This document shows positions 38,266-47,151 of a DNA stretch of 64,000 bases, in pieces. The notes under the pieces are model-generated. The model saw only the letters and a list, made by a program, of their open reading frames with translations. It was not told where the DNA came from and did no database searches. Source of the DNA: Salinispira sp. (GTDB lineage: Bacteria; Spirochaetota; Spirochaetia; DSM-27196; Salinispiraceae); assembly GCA_965602015.1 (NCBI GenBank), contig OZ271918.1:2656001-2720000 (forward strand). The letters are read 5' to 3'. The translations under genes were made by a program, and so were the position numbers. Within the stretch, counting starts at the first letter, position 1; the number at the start of each line of letters is the position of its first letter.

Positions 38266-41034
38266 TTACTCCAGCTCCATGCTCACCAGGGTTCCGGTAT
38301 CCACCACCAGGCAGACTTCCCCCCCTCCCATAATGCTGCAGCCCGAAACCGCTTTTACCTGGCCCATGTACTCAGGCAGGGCCTTGAGAACCAGCTGATG
38401 ATTTCCGATGATATTGTCCACCTTGAGCGCCACCTGCTTTCCCCGCCCCTGGGCAATAATCACCAGGCCGCCGTGCTCATCGTCATGCGGGCCGGAGCCG
38501 GCATCCGGTTCTGCGCCCCCGGCCGACGGACCAGGATCTATGCCGTAGAAATCGGCGATATCGATAACCGGATAGAGCTTGCCGCGGACATTGAGTACGG
38601 TTTTTCCCCGTTCGGTTTCCACAAACTGCGACGGACCGGGTTTTTGGAATTCAAGGATATCGATGAGGGGCAGGGAGAGAAGCATATCCTTCACCGTGAA
38701 GACGATGGCCTCGATAATCGCCAGGGTCAGCGGGATTTTCAGAATGAACTCGGTGCCCTGACCGGGTTCTGAGTTCACGCTCACCTTGCCCCGGAGCTTT
38801 TCTATATTTTTCTTGACCACATCCATGCCGACGCCCCGGCCGGAAATTTCCGAGACCGTCTCGGCAGTCGAAAAACCCGGTTCGAATATCAGCTGAAATA
38901 TTTCCTCGTCGCTGAAATCCCGGGATGCATCGCTGACGATTCCCCGTTCGGCGGCCTTGCTGAGGATTTTACCCCGGTCAAGGCCCTTGCCGTCGTCGAC
39001 GATTGATATCCACACCTCATTGCCCTCATAACGGGCCGCCAGGGTCAGCTGACCGGCGGGTTTTTTTCCAGCGGCTTTCCGGGCCGCCGGCTCTTCGATT
39101 CCGTGGTCGATGGCGTTCCGGATTATATGAACCAGGGGGTCTGATACCTCGTCGATGACGTTCCGGTCCATTTCCGTGTCATCGCCGCTCACATCCAGGA
39201 GTATTTCCTTGCGGAATTTCCGGGAGAGGTCCCTCACAAGGCGGCGCATTTTGTTAAACAGGCCCTCCAGGGGGATCATCCGGATGGCCATGGTAATCTC
39301 CTGGATTTCCCGGGTAACCTTGCTGAGAGTGGAACTGGCCCGGCGGAAATTTTCGAGATTCAGTTTCTCTATGTCGGGATTGTTCACCACCATGGCCTCA
39401 GCGGTAATCAGTTCCCCGACCATGTTAAAAAGCATGTCCAGCCGCTCGGTATCCACCCTGATATCCTGGCGTTTGCGCTTTTTCAGGATGTTCACTTCGC
39501 TCGCGCTGGGAGTTTTTCCCTGACGCTCGAGGGCCTTTGCCACGTCGCCCGGAGATACGGCGCCGTTTTGCACCAGGAGCTCCCCGACCTTCATATGCTG
39601 CTGCTCCAGGGCCTCCTTTACCACCTCTTCATCGACTACTCCCATCTCCACGAGGATTTCACCCAGCTCATGCTGCTCGGCCCGGGCGGGACTGAGATTC
39701 CCGGCGCCCGCCGGTTTACCCGCCGACGCCCCGGGGGCGTCTCCGCCGGCCGTTGGGGAGCCGGCGGCGCTTTTACCCGATGATTCGCCGGACGCGCCAT
39801 CTCCGCTTTTCCTCTCCCCCGGCGACGACAGTTCCCCGGGAAGGACAAGTCCCGAGCGGATAGCGTCCACCGCGCTGAGAATAGTCGTTATGCTTGCGGG
39901 ATCGACTTCCCGTGAATGCTTTCTAAAGGTATCGAGAAAACTCTCCAGCCCCATGCAAAGCTGCTCCACTTCGGCGTACTGGAAAAAGCCCGCATTGCCC
40001 TTTACGGTATGGACCGAACGAAAGGCCTCGTCGACGAAGGATATATTGCCCGGGTCTTTTTCGAGGTTGAGAATGGCGTGTTCGGTCTCGTCCATGAGAT
40101 CGCTGCTTTCGGATATAAACCCCTGAATCATTTCGTCGGTGAACAAATCCCCGTATCCCTCGGGCATTCCGGGCGCCGCGGGTTTTACGATGGAAAAGCC
40201 CGGATCCACCGGGGTTTCCACCACCCGGCCTGAGCCCGCATCCGCTGGCCGGATTTCCTTCGTCGAAGTATCCCCTTCGGCAGAACCGCTCGCGGCGGCG
40301 CTTCGGCCTTCCTCTATTTTGGCGATCATGGGCTCCACATTAATGGAGGATTTGAGAAACTGCCTCACCTTGCTCCGGTCAATGCGCTCATACCAGTCCT
40401 GAAGCTCGGTGATGAGGGAGGTGAGCACGTCGGTGGCTTCGAGCAGCACATCGCAGATCGACGAATCCATTCCCATTTTCCCGTTGCGAAGATCGTCGAG
40501 CATGAATTCCATGCTGTGCGCCAGCATTCGGATTTCCGGCAGATTAAGGAAGGATGAAACGCCCTTGATGGTGTGAACCGAACGGAATATGTCATTTACC
40601 AGCACCGGGTCCGGATCATTCTCATATGCCAGAATCCGCTCTTCAATATCGTCGAGATGGCTGACAGCTTCGACCAGGAATGAAGAGAGCACTTCAAGGT
40701 CGGTAGCCATCTGCTCCCGGGTTTTGGCACTGAGTTCTTCGCTTTCCGGGGGAGCTGCCGGAGCTGCCGGCCCATCATCGGAGGCCTCATCCGCCTGGGA
40801 TTCGAGCAGACTGTCGACGCGCTTGAGAATAGCGGTTTTAGCCCGCTGGTCGTTTTTCGCCCTTCCCGAGACCAGTTCCTCAGTCTTCGCCAGGATTTCC
40901 CCTAAGAGTTTTTTATGCTTCCCGGGAGGCCCCTCCCCGGCCAGCTGTTTGATTGCATCGACGATGCCGATGCCGCTGAGGAGGTCGCCCGGTGCAAAGG
41001 CCTCAATCTCCGAACGAATTGTTGCAAGATCCAT
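38266..41034 (-). CDS. cheA: Chemotaxis histidine kinase CheA with two Hpt domains and an MshEN-like insert
   Basis: FRSVHTIKG and FRSVHTVKG; HIIRNAIDHGIE; SGRGVGMDVV; C-terminal CheW domain. Confidence 0.95.
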   Translation of the reverse strand: MDLATIRSEIEAFAPGDLLSGIGIVDAIKQLAGEGPPGKHKKLLGEILAKTEELVSGRAKNDQRAKTAILKRVDSLLESQADEASDDGPAAPAAPPESEELSAKTREQMATDLEVLSSFLVEAVSHLDDIEERILAYENDPDPVLVNDIFRSVHTIKGVSSFLNLPEIRMLAHSMEFMLDDLRNGKMGMDSSICDVLLEATDVLTSLITELQDWYERIDRSKVRQFLKSSINVEPMIAKIEEGRSAAASGSAEGDTSTKEIRPADAGSGRVVETPVDPGFSIVKPAAPGMPEGYGDLFTDEMIQGFISESSDLMDETEHAILNLEKDPGNISFVDEAFRSVHTVKGNAGFFQYAEVEQLCMGLESFLDTFRKHSREVDPASITTILSAVDAIRSGLVLPGELSSPGERKSGDGASGESSGKSAAGSPTAGGDAPGASAGKPAGAGNLSPARAEQHELGEILVEMGVVDEEVVKEALEQQHMKVGELLVQNGAVSPGDVAKALERQGKTPSASEVNILKKRKRQDIRVDTERLDMLFNMVGELITAEAMVVNNPDIEKLNLENFRRASSTLSKVTREIQEITMAIRMIPLEGLFNKMRRLVRDLSRKFRKEILLDVSGDDTEMDRNVIDEVSDPLVHIIRNAIDHGIEEPAARKAAGKKPAGQLTLAARYEGNEVWISIVDDGKGLDRGKILSKAAERGIVSDASRDFSDEEIFQLIFEPGFSTAETVSEISGRGVGMDVVKKNIEKLRGKVSVNSEPGQGTEFILKIPLTLAIIEAIVFTVKDMLLSLPLIDILEFQKPGPSQFVETERGKTVLNVRGKLYPVIDIADFYGIDPGPSAGGAEPDAGSGPHDDEHGGLVIIAQGRGKQVALKVDNIIGNHQLVLKALPEYMGQVKAVSGCSIMGGGEVCLVVDTGTLVSMELE

Positions 41035-41049
41035 ATCAGCTCCTGAGCT

Positions 41050-41418
41050 CTACGCCGTGAGCATCTCTACTATTTTAACCAGGGCGGGTTCCTCGAAGGG
41101 TTTGACAATCCAACCGCTGACCCCCAGGTCCTTGCCCATGGATTTCTTGTCCGCTCCAGCCTCGGTGGTCAGGAACACCACCGGCGTCTTTGCATGGGCT
41201 GCCAAGCCCTTTAACTCTTTCACAAAGGTGAATCCGTCCATTTCGGGCATATTCACATCCACGATAAAAAGGTCAGCTTTCCCGTCGGCCTGTATCTTGG
41301 CCAGCGCATCCACCCCGTGTTCAGCCTCTCGTACCTCGTAGCCCGATCCCTCGAGAGTCTTTTTTACCAGCATCCGTATGGTTGCCGAATCATCTACGCA
41401 AAAAACCGTCTTGCTCAT
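41050..41418 (-). CDS. cheY: CheY-like response regulator
   Basis: VDDS, DVNMPEMDG, LTTE, WIVKPF. Confidence 0.9.
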   Translation of the reverse strand: MSKTVFCVDDSATIRMLVKKTLEGSGYEVREAEHGVDALAKIQADGKADLFIVDVNMPEMDGFTFVKELKGLAAHAKTPVVFLTTEAGADKKSMGKDLGVSGWIVKPFEEPALVKIVEMLTA

Positions 41419-41442
41419 CTGTTTCCCTCCAACATTGAATAC

Positions 41443-42768
41443 TCAGAACAGGGTCACATCGCCCTGTAAATCTTTATGGGAGCTGAGGTCTGCCTCACCC
41501 TTCAGTGCCTGAGGCGGCAGGTCAAAACCCAGGGCCTCGAATTCCTGCCGAACGGTTAAAATAGCCTTAACCGCGCTCCGGTATTCGGCAAGTTTTTCAT
41601 CAACCTCCGAATCGTTATCCTCCCGGTCCATACCCAGAACGCCGGCGATTTCCCTGCTTTTTTCCCGGGAAATCCGGATGGACTGAATGATGTGGCTGAG
41701 GATTTGGGAACCCGCATCCTGGAACTGGAGCTCCTTGACGATGCTCTCCAGGGAACCCGATACCGCCCTGCTCAGATCCTGGGCGACTTCCACCCCGCCG
41801 TGAATCAGTTGGTTCTGAGACCTGAGCTGCTCGATCAACCCGGACAGATTGGACTGCCCTTGTATGAGGGTATCGATGTTTCCGTTTATCACCTCATTCT
41901 GACCGTCCAAGCGCTGACTGCTGTCCTTGACGGTCGCCAGCATGATTTCATTGATCCGAGTAACGAACTCCTGACTCCGTCCGGCGAGTTTTTGAATTTC
42001 CCCGGCAATCACCGAGAATCCCCGGCCCGCCTCGCCGGCGCGGGCTGCTTCGATGGCGGTGTTTATCGCCAGGATATTCGTCTGTTCGGCGATTTCATTC
42101 ATTTCTCTGCTGAGGCCCGTCACCTGCTTCAATGCCTCGTGCATTCCCGCCACAATATCCTGCAGCTGTTTGCGGATTGCGCCGAAATCCGTCAGGACCG
42201 CGGCGATGGACTCCATTTCCCGGCCCAATTCGTCGATGTCGCTTTCAAGGCTGGTGTCCCCGCTGTACACCTTTTCAAGCAGTTCATTAATGCTGTTTCC
42301 CACTTCCTTGCTCTTGTTGCCGATTGCGAAGACCTGTTCTATTGCCGCCTGGGTGCTCTCACCGGATTTGATATCGATGAGCCGTCCCAGGCTCGTGCTA
42401 ATGTTGACCATTTCATCGTGAAGGGCAAAAAGCAGGTTGAGGTCGGACATACAGCCTGCCAGGTGGAGAACCTCCGCCGGGGCGGGAATCGAGGTTCCTT
42501 CATTACGTGATGCATGAAGCTGTGGGGGGGTATTCTCCGCCGCCGGTCTGCCTGAAGCCGAGGCCTGTCCGGGCAAGGACAGCTCTCCCCTCTCCATGGA
42601 TGCCGGAGGATCGACGGCAGCTGCAGATTTTCTCCTGAATGACAAAATAGACAAGACAATAGCCCCGGCCAGCAGCAGCGCCGCAGAACCGGACAACATA
42701 ACGGTGGGAAATACAATTGATGAGATAAGCAGAATAAGGGACGCGAGAGAAAGCACAATACTACTCAT
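41443..42768 (-). CDS. Methyl-accepting chemotaxis protein
   Basis: [36 protein letters not shown]-terminal DVTLF. Confidence 0.9.
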   Translation of the reverse strand: MSSIVLSLASLILLISSIVFPTVMLSGSAALLLAGAIVLSILSFRRKSAAAVDPPASMERGELSLPGQASASGRPAAENTPPQLHASRNEGTSIPAPAEVLHLAGCMSDLNLLFALHDEMVNISTSLGRLIDIKSGESTQAAIEQVFAIGNKSKEVGNSINELLEKVYSGDTSLESDIDELGREMESIAAVLTDFGAIRKQLQDIVAGMHEALKQVTGLSREMNEIAEQTNILAINTAIEAARAGEAGRGFSVIAGEIQKLAGRSQEFVTRINEIMLATVKDSSQRLDGQNEVINGNIDTLIQGQSNLSGLIEQLRSQNQLIHGGVEVAQDLSRAVSGSLESIVKELQFQDAGSQILSHIIQSIRISREKSREIAGVLGMDREDNDSEVDEKLAEYRSAVKAILTVRQEFEALGFDLPPQALKGEADLSSHKDLQGDVTLF

Positions 42769-42838
42769 AATCCATCCAGTTTGAGAAATTTCCGTGGTTT
42801 CAGAGTAAAGTATGAATCACCGACTCGGAGAAATCAAA

Positions 42839-43825
42839 CTAGATCCGCTGAACACCGGCCCCTTCCTCCCGGTAAATTTGCCGGAGCATCTCGATATCCT
42901 CATCGGCTTCGTGCAGCTTGCGCAGGCCTCCCCGACCGTCACGGATAATTCCATCGGCAATCCGGGACGCACTGTGTGCGAACGGGCTATCGGGGAAGAA
43001 GTCGGGCATGGGTTTTTTTACCAGGATCGACTTGTAGGTCTCGGTTTCATAAGGAACAAATCCGAGGTATTCCAGTGCTACGCCGACGTTTTTTACACAG
43101 ACCTCCCGAAGCCGGGCACCCAGGCGCAGATCGCTCTCGCTCCGCCCCATGTTGATAATTACCCGGGCGTAGAAGCTCTGCAGCTGGGTCTGGGCCAGCG
43201 CCTCGGATTCCCGGGAAATTCCTCCCAACTCCCTGATCAGTCCGGCAAAGCTCAGGTGGCTGCCTTCGATGCGATTGCTCAGATATTCTCGGATCAGGTG
43301 ACGCTCGGGGCTTTTGCGGGGGAAACTTCGAAGCAAAAGACGGTAACAGGCGGTTTTGACAAACACATAGGCGTTGAGTATCGCCGTTGGCTCAGCGCTT
43401 GAAACGATGATGCCCGCAGGCGAAGAGAGAAAAAAGTCGACGGTGTTGAAGGATGATCCGGCCCCCAGATCGAGAATGATGTAGTCAGCGACCTGCCTCT
43501 CCAGTTCGCGAAGCAGCCGCATTTTAAGGTAGTAGGGAAGATTGGCGCTTCCGGGAACCATCTGGTCGCCGGGTATGAGATACAGCCTGGGAAAGTCGGT
43601 AGCGACAATGAGATTCTCCAGCTGTTGTTCTTCGCCGTTGATAAATGCGTTGATTCCCGGATTGGTATTGGGAATCCCGATGCAGCTGTGCAGATTGCTG
43701 GCGCCCAGGTCAAGGTCGACCATCAGGACGGTCTTCCCTTTTTTCGCCAGAAGATAACCGAGACTGGCCGCCAGGATGGTTTTGCCCACCCCGCCTTTTC
43801 CGCTGGCTATGGGAATTATCTGCAT
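42839..43825 (-). CDS. MinD/FlhG(FleN)-like P-loop ATPase
   Basis: Deviant Walker A ASGKGGVGKT, DLDLGASNL, LDLGAG, EPTAILNAY. Confidence 0.85.
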   Translation of the reverse strand: MQIIPIASGKGGVGKTILAASLGYLLAKKGKTVLMVDLDLGASNLHSCIGIPNTNPGINAFINGEEQQLENLIVATDFPRLYLIPGDQMVPGSANLPYYLKMRLLRELERQVADYIILDLGAGSSFNTVDFFLSSPAGIIVSSAEPTAILNAYVFVKTACYRLLLRSFPRKSPERHLIREYLSNRIEGSHLSFAGLIRELGGISRESEALAQTQLQSFYARVIINMGRSESDLRLGARLREVCVKNVGVALEYLGFVPYETETYKSILVKKPMPDFFPDSPFAHSASRIADGIIRDGRGGLRKLHEADEDIEMLRQIYREEGAGVQRI

Positions 43826-43844
43826 CAACGGCCTGCCCCCGGCA

Positions 43845-44648
43845 TCACAGGGGTTCCGCTATCGGGCGGGCGTAGCGACGGTTGTGCGCCGTGTGTTTTC
43901 GCAGCAGGTCGGCCATCTGATCGTTTCGGAAAATTCCCATATCGAGAAAGTACCGTCCGATGGGCATTTGAAAACGCCGCTGATAATTCAACACCCGCCT
44001 GACATCCCGGTCTTCCATGATGCCGGTTCTCAAGGCGGAGTCGCCGAGGTACTCACCCTGCCGTTTGATTCTAATCAGTTCGCCCAGCTGGTCACGGTCG
44101 AGGAATCCCATGTCCATCGCGATACTGCCGAAATTCGGTCTGCGGCTGCGCTGCCAGCACACCGCTTCGATGAGGGTATTCCAGGAAATCAGTCCGCGGT
44201 AATAGCAGTATTGGCCGAATCGCAGGCTGCATGCCGGCACCTTGCCCCGGTATCGCTTGACCGAACCTTTCCCATCCCCGGCTTGTTCGGTGAAGGGCGG
44301 ACGTCCGGCAGAATTCTTTGAGCGGAAAGCGCCTCCGGTCGCCCTGGGCTCGGATTCATTGCTGTCAGTTTGGGTATTCCTGAGGTCTCGAAATGCATGC
44401 GTCTTGGGCGGAAGAAGGTTTTCCAGATATTCGACGATGTCGTCATGGGCGCTTTTAATCCGGATAAAATCGTCGCTGCTGCCCCTGCGGAGGTCGGGAT
44501 GCAGTTCCTTGACTCGTTTGCGAAATGCGGCCTTTACCCCTCCGGGCTGCAGATACCCGATAAAACTCTCGTTTACCCTCACATCCGGTCCGAACAGTAG
44601 TTCGCAGGCCCGTAGAATTCGCTGATGTCGTACGCTGTTGGCTGTCAT
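43845..44648 (-). CDS. J-domain (DnaJ-like) protein with C-terminal MshEN-like repeats
   Basis: VKAAFRKRVKELHPD...FIRIKSAHD J-domain; four xG-x6-G-hydrophobic repeats. Confidence 0.8.
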   Translation of the reverse strand: MTANSVRHQRILRACELLFGPDVRVNESFIGYLQPGGVKAAFRKRVKELHPDLRRGSSDDFIRIKSAHDDIVEYLENLLPPKTHAFRDLRNTQTDSNESEPRATGGAFRSKNSAGRPPFTEQAGDGKGSVKRYRGKVPACSLRFGQYCYYRGLISWNTLIEAVCWQRSRRPNFGSIAMDMGFLDRDQLGELIRIKRQGEYLGDSALRTGIMEDRDVRRVLNYQRRFQMPIGRYFLDMGIFRNDQMADLLRKHTAHNRRYARPIAEPL

Positions 44649-44718
44649 GATGGCTCCGTCGGCCTCCGATTGGAGAAATGGGCTACCAGACTAATATCGG
44701 CAAAGGCCGCGCCGATCT

Positions 44719-45252
44719 TCAGGACTCGGCGAGCTGATTATCGTCGGGAAAGTCCGCATCGCCGACGATTTTGGAGACATCCAGAATGATCTTCACCTGA
44801 TCATTCACCTTTCCCAGGCCCCGGATGTAGCGCTCTTTTTGCGATGTGGATTTGAAACTGGGCGGAGAATCTATCTGATTCTCGGTAATATCCTGCACCT
44901 CGCTCACCGTATCGACAATGAAACCGATGGAGCCCTGCTCCAGGCCGACAATAATGATGCAGGTCCTGTCGTCATACTCCCGGGCTTCCATGCCAAAGCG
45001 CAGGCGCAAATCCATCACCGGAATCACCCGCCCCCGAAGATTGATAACGCCTTTGATATGGGCCGGCAGATCGGGTACCTTGGTAATCTTTTGAAGCTCG
45101 ATAATATCCGTGACAGTCATGATGTTAAGACCGTAGGCCTCATTTCCGAGCTGGAAAAGCAGATACTTGTTGTGCTGGGTGTTTTCATCGTCGTCATCAA
45201 CCAGGAACATCTCATCATCAGCGCTTTCGACTCTTTGCTGGACATCGGACAT
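44719..45252 (-). CDS. cheW: Chemotaxis coupling protein CheW
   Basis: YLLFQLGNEAYG, KGVINLRGRVIPV, GFIVDTVSEV. Confidence 0.95.
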   Translation of the reverse strand: MSDVQQRVESADDEMFLVDDDDENTQHNKYLLFQLGNEAYGLNIMTVTDIIELQKITKVPDLPAHIKGVINLRGRVIPVMDLRLRFGMEAREYDDRTCIIIVGLEQGSIGFIVDTVSEVQDITENQIDSPPSFKSTSQKERYIRGLGKVNDQVKIILDVSKIVGDADFPDDNQLAES

Positions 45253-45322
45253 TTCAGCCTCCTGGTATCAACTATTGTTCAATTCTCCATCGAAATCAAG
45301 TTCATCCGGATATATTACCGGC

Positions 45323-45817
45323 TCACCAGGACAGCTCTTCGGCAAGCAACCTGCAGAATTGCTCCAGGCCCGTTTGATCTGCCTGTTCAAATCGCCCGGC
45401 GCGCGGGCTGTCGATGTCCAAAACCGCCAAAACCTTTCCGCTGACGGATACAGGAACGACGATTTCAGATTTGCTGGCGGCGTCGCAGGCGATGTGTCCC
45501 GGAAAAGCATGAACATCGGCTACCCGTTGGGTTTTTCCGCTGGCAAACGCGGCGCCGCAAACCCCGCTGCCCGAGGCGATGGTTACGCAGGCCGGGCGGC
45601 CCTGAAACGGTCCGAGAACCAGGGCCTGCCGGTCCTCCCTCCACAGGTAAAACCCCGCCCAGTTAATGTCTTGGAGACTCGCATACAGGAGGGCGGCAAT
45701 ATTGGCCAGATTGGCGATCAAATCGCTCTCGCCTTCGATGAGGGATCGGGCCTGTGATGCCAGAAGGGAATAATCGGGCTTTCCGGGGGTTGGGGGAAGA
45801 TCAAGACTGTCGAACAT
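45323..45817 (-). CDS. msrC: GAF-domain free methionine-R-sulfoxide reductase
   Basis: INWAGFY, LGPFQGRPAC, GVCG, GHIACD, SEIVVP, DIDSP; GGAG SD before ATG 45817. Confidence 0.88.
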   Translation of the reverse strand: MFDSLDLPPTPGKPDYSLLASQARSLIEGESDLIANLANIAALLYASLQDINWAGFYLWREDRQALVLGPFQGRPACVTIASGSGVCGAAFASGKTQRVADVHAFPGHIACDAASKSEIVVPVSVSGKVLAVLDIDSPRAGRFEQADQTGLEQFCRLLAEELSW

Positions 45818-45872
45818 AGGGTTACTCCGTATATGGTTGCAGATGTAATGGTACAATTATTTCGTTCACATA

Positions 45873-45920
45873 TGTGCTTTCCGGTTTCTGCGTTCGTTTT
45901 GTGCGTTCCGGTTACTGCGT
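45873..45920. repeat. 21-bp imperfect direct repeat (2 copies, 27-bp period)
   Basis: TGTGCTTTCCGGTTTCTGCGT / TGTGCGTTCCGGTTACTGCGT (19/21). Confidence 0.75.
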
Positions 45921-45940
45921 CGGATGCCGGGACGCCGGGC

Positions 45941-47134
45941 TTACAGGGCCTCGAGGCCCCGGCGCAGGTCTTCGATGATGTCCTCCGGATCCTCCAGCCC
46001 CACCGATAGCCGAATGGTTCCCTCACTGATTCCCTGGGCGGCCAACTCTTCCCGGCTCTGTCCGCGATGGCTGGTGGTAGCCGGATGGCTCAGGGTGGTT
46101 TGTACCCCTGCCAGCGACGGGGCGAACTGAATCATCGTGCAGGCCCCGATGAAGTCTGCGGCCCGCTCCCTGGTCTCCAGATCGAAGCTAAGCATTCCGC
46201 CGCAACCCCGGGGGAACAGCCGGCGGTTTTCTTCGTGCCGGGGATTACCGGCAGACAGGGGGTAATTTACCGCAAGCCCCGGAGCTTCTCCGGCGGAGCC
46301 CAGATATTCGGCGACCCGTTCGGCGTTGGCGCTGTGCCGCTCCATACGCAGGGCGAGGGTCTGGATGCCCCGAAGGGTCAGCCAGGCTTCGAAGGGGTTG
46401 AGATGGCTTCCGAGGGTGGAGATCCGCCGGCGGATTTTTCCGATCCGCTCCTTGCCGCCGCATACTACTCCGCCGGTGGCGTCGCTGTGGCCGTTGATGT
46501 ACTTGGTGCTCGAGTGAACCACCAGGTCGGCGCCGTATTCAAGGGGACGAAACAGCGCGGGGCTCAGGAAGGTGTTGTCCAGCATCAGCCGGGAGCCGCT
46601 GCCCTTGACCAAATCCGCAAGGGATTCGATGGGGGCGACGGTCATTGCGGGATTGCTGACAGTCTCCCCGTAGACCAGGGCGGGCCCTTGGGACAAGCTT
46701 TTTTCCAGATTCTTTCTGTTATCCAGGTCCGCATACTCGACTTCTATTTGCGATGCGCCGAGTTCGCTGTGGAGCAATGCCCGGGTTCCGCCGTAGAGCC
46801 GCCGGGGGACAATGAGACGAGGCTGCTCAAGCTCCTCGCAGAGCACCAGTATTCCCGCATAAATCGCGGCCATTCCGCTGGCGGCGGCTGTGCAGTCCTC
46901 CGCCCCCTCTATTGAGGCGACCCTCAGTTCAAGATCGCGGACATTCGGATTCCCCAAGCGGGTATACATATACAGGTCCGGATCACCCTCCAGGTAGCGC
47001 TCCACTTCCGGAAGCCCGTCGAAGGCAAATACCGAAGACTGAAAAATCGGCGGGGTTTTGCTGTGATTAGCCATGGCCCGGGAGGCCTTTCCGCCACCAT
47101 GGAGACTCAGGGTATGATATCGTGTTTTTTTCAT
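45941..47134 (-). CDS. Cys/Met metabolism PLP-dependent enzyme (cystathionine gamma-synthase/methionine gamma-lyase family)
   Basis: YTRLGNP, SGMAAI, DNTF, HSSTKYINGHSD, IRLSVGLE. Confidence 0.9.
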   Translation of the reverse strand: MKKTRYHTLSLHGGGKASRAMANHSKTPPIFQSSVFAFDGLPEVERYLEGDPDLYMYTRLGNPNVRDLELRVASIEGAEDCTAAASGMAAIYAGILVLCEELEQPRLIVPRRLYGGTRALLHSELGASQIEVEYADLDNRKNLEKSLSQGPALVYGETVSNPAMTVAPIESLADLVKGSGSRLMLDNTFLSPALFRPLEYGADLVVHSSTKYINGHSDATGGVVCGGKERIGKIRRRISTLGSHLNPFEAWLTLRGIQTLALRMERHSANAERVAEYLGSAGEAPGLAVNYPLSAGNPRHEENRRLFPRGCGGMLSFDLETRERAADFIGACTMIQFAPSLAGVQTTLSHPATTSHRGQSREELAAQGISEGTIRLSVGLEDPEDIIEDLRRGLEAL

Positions 47135-47151
47135 GTTTTGTTGTATCCCGT

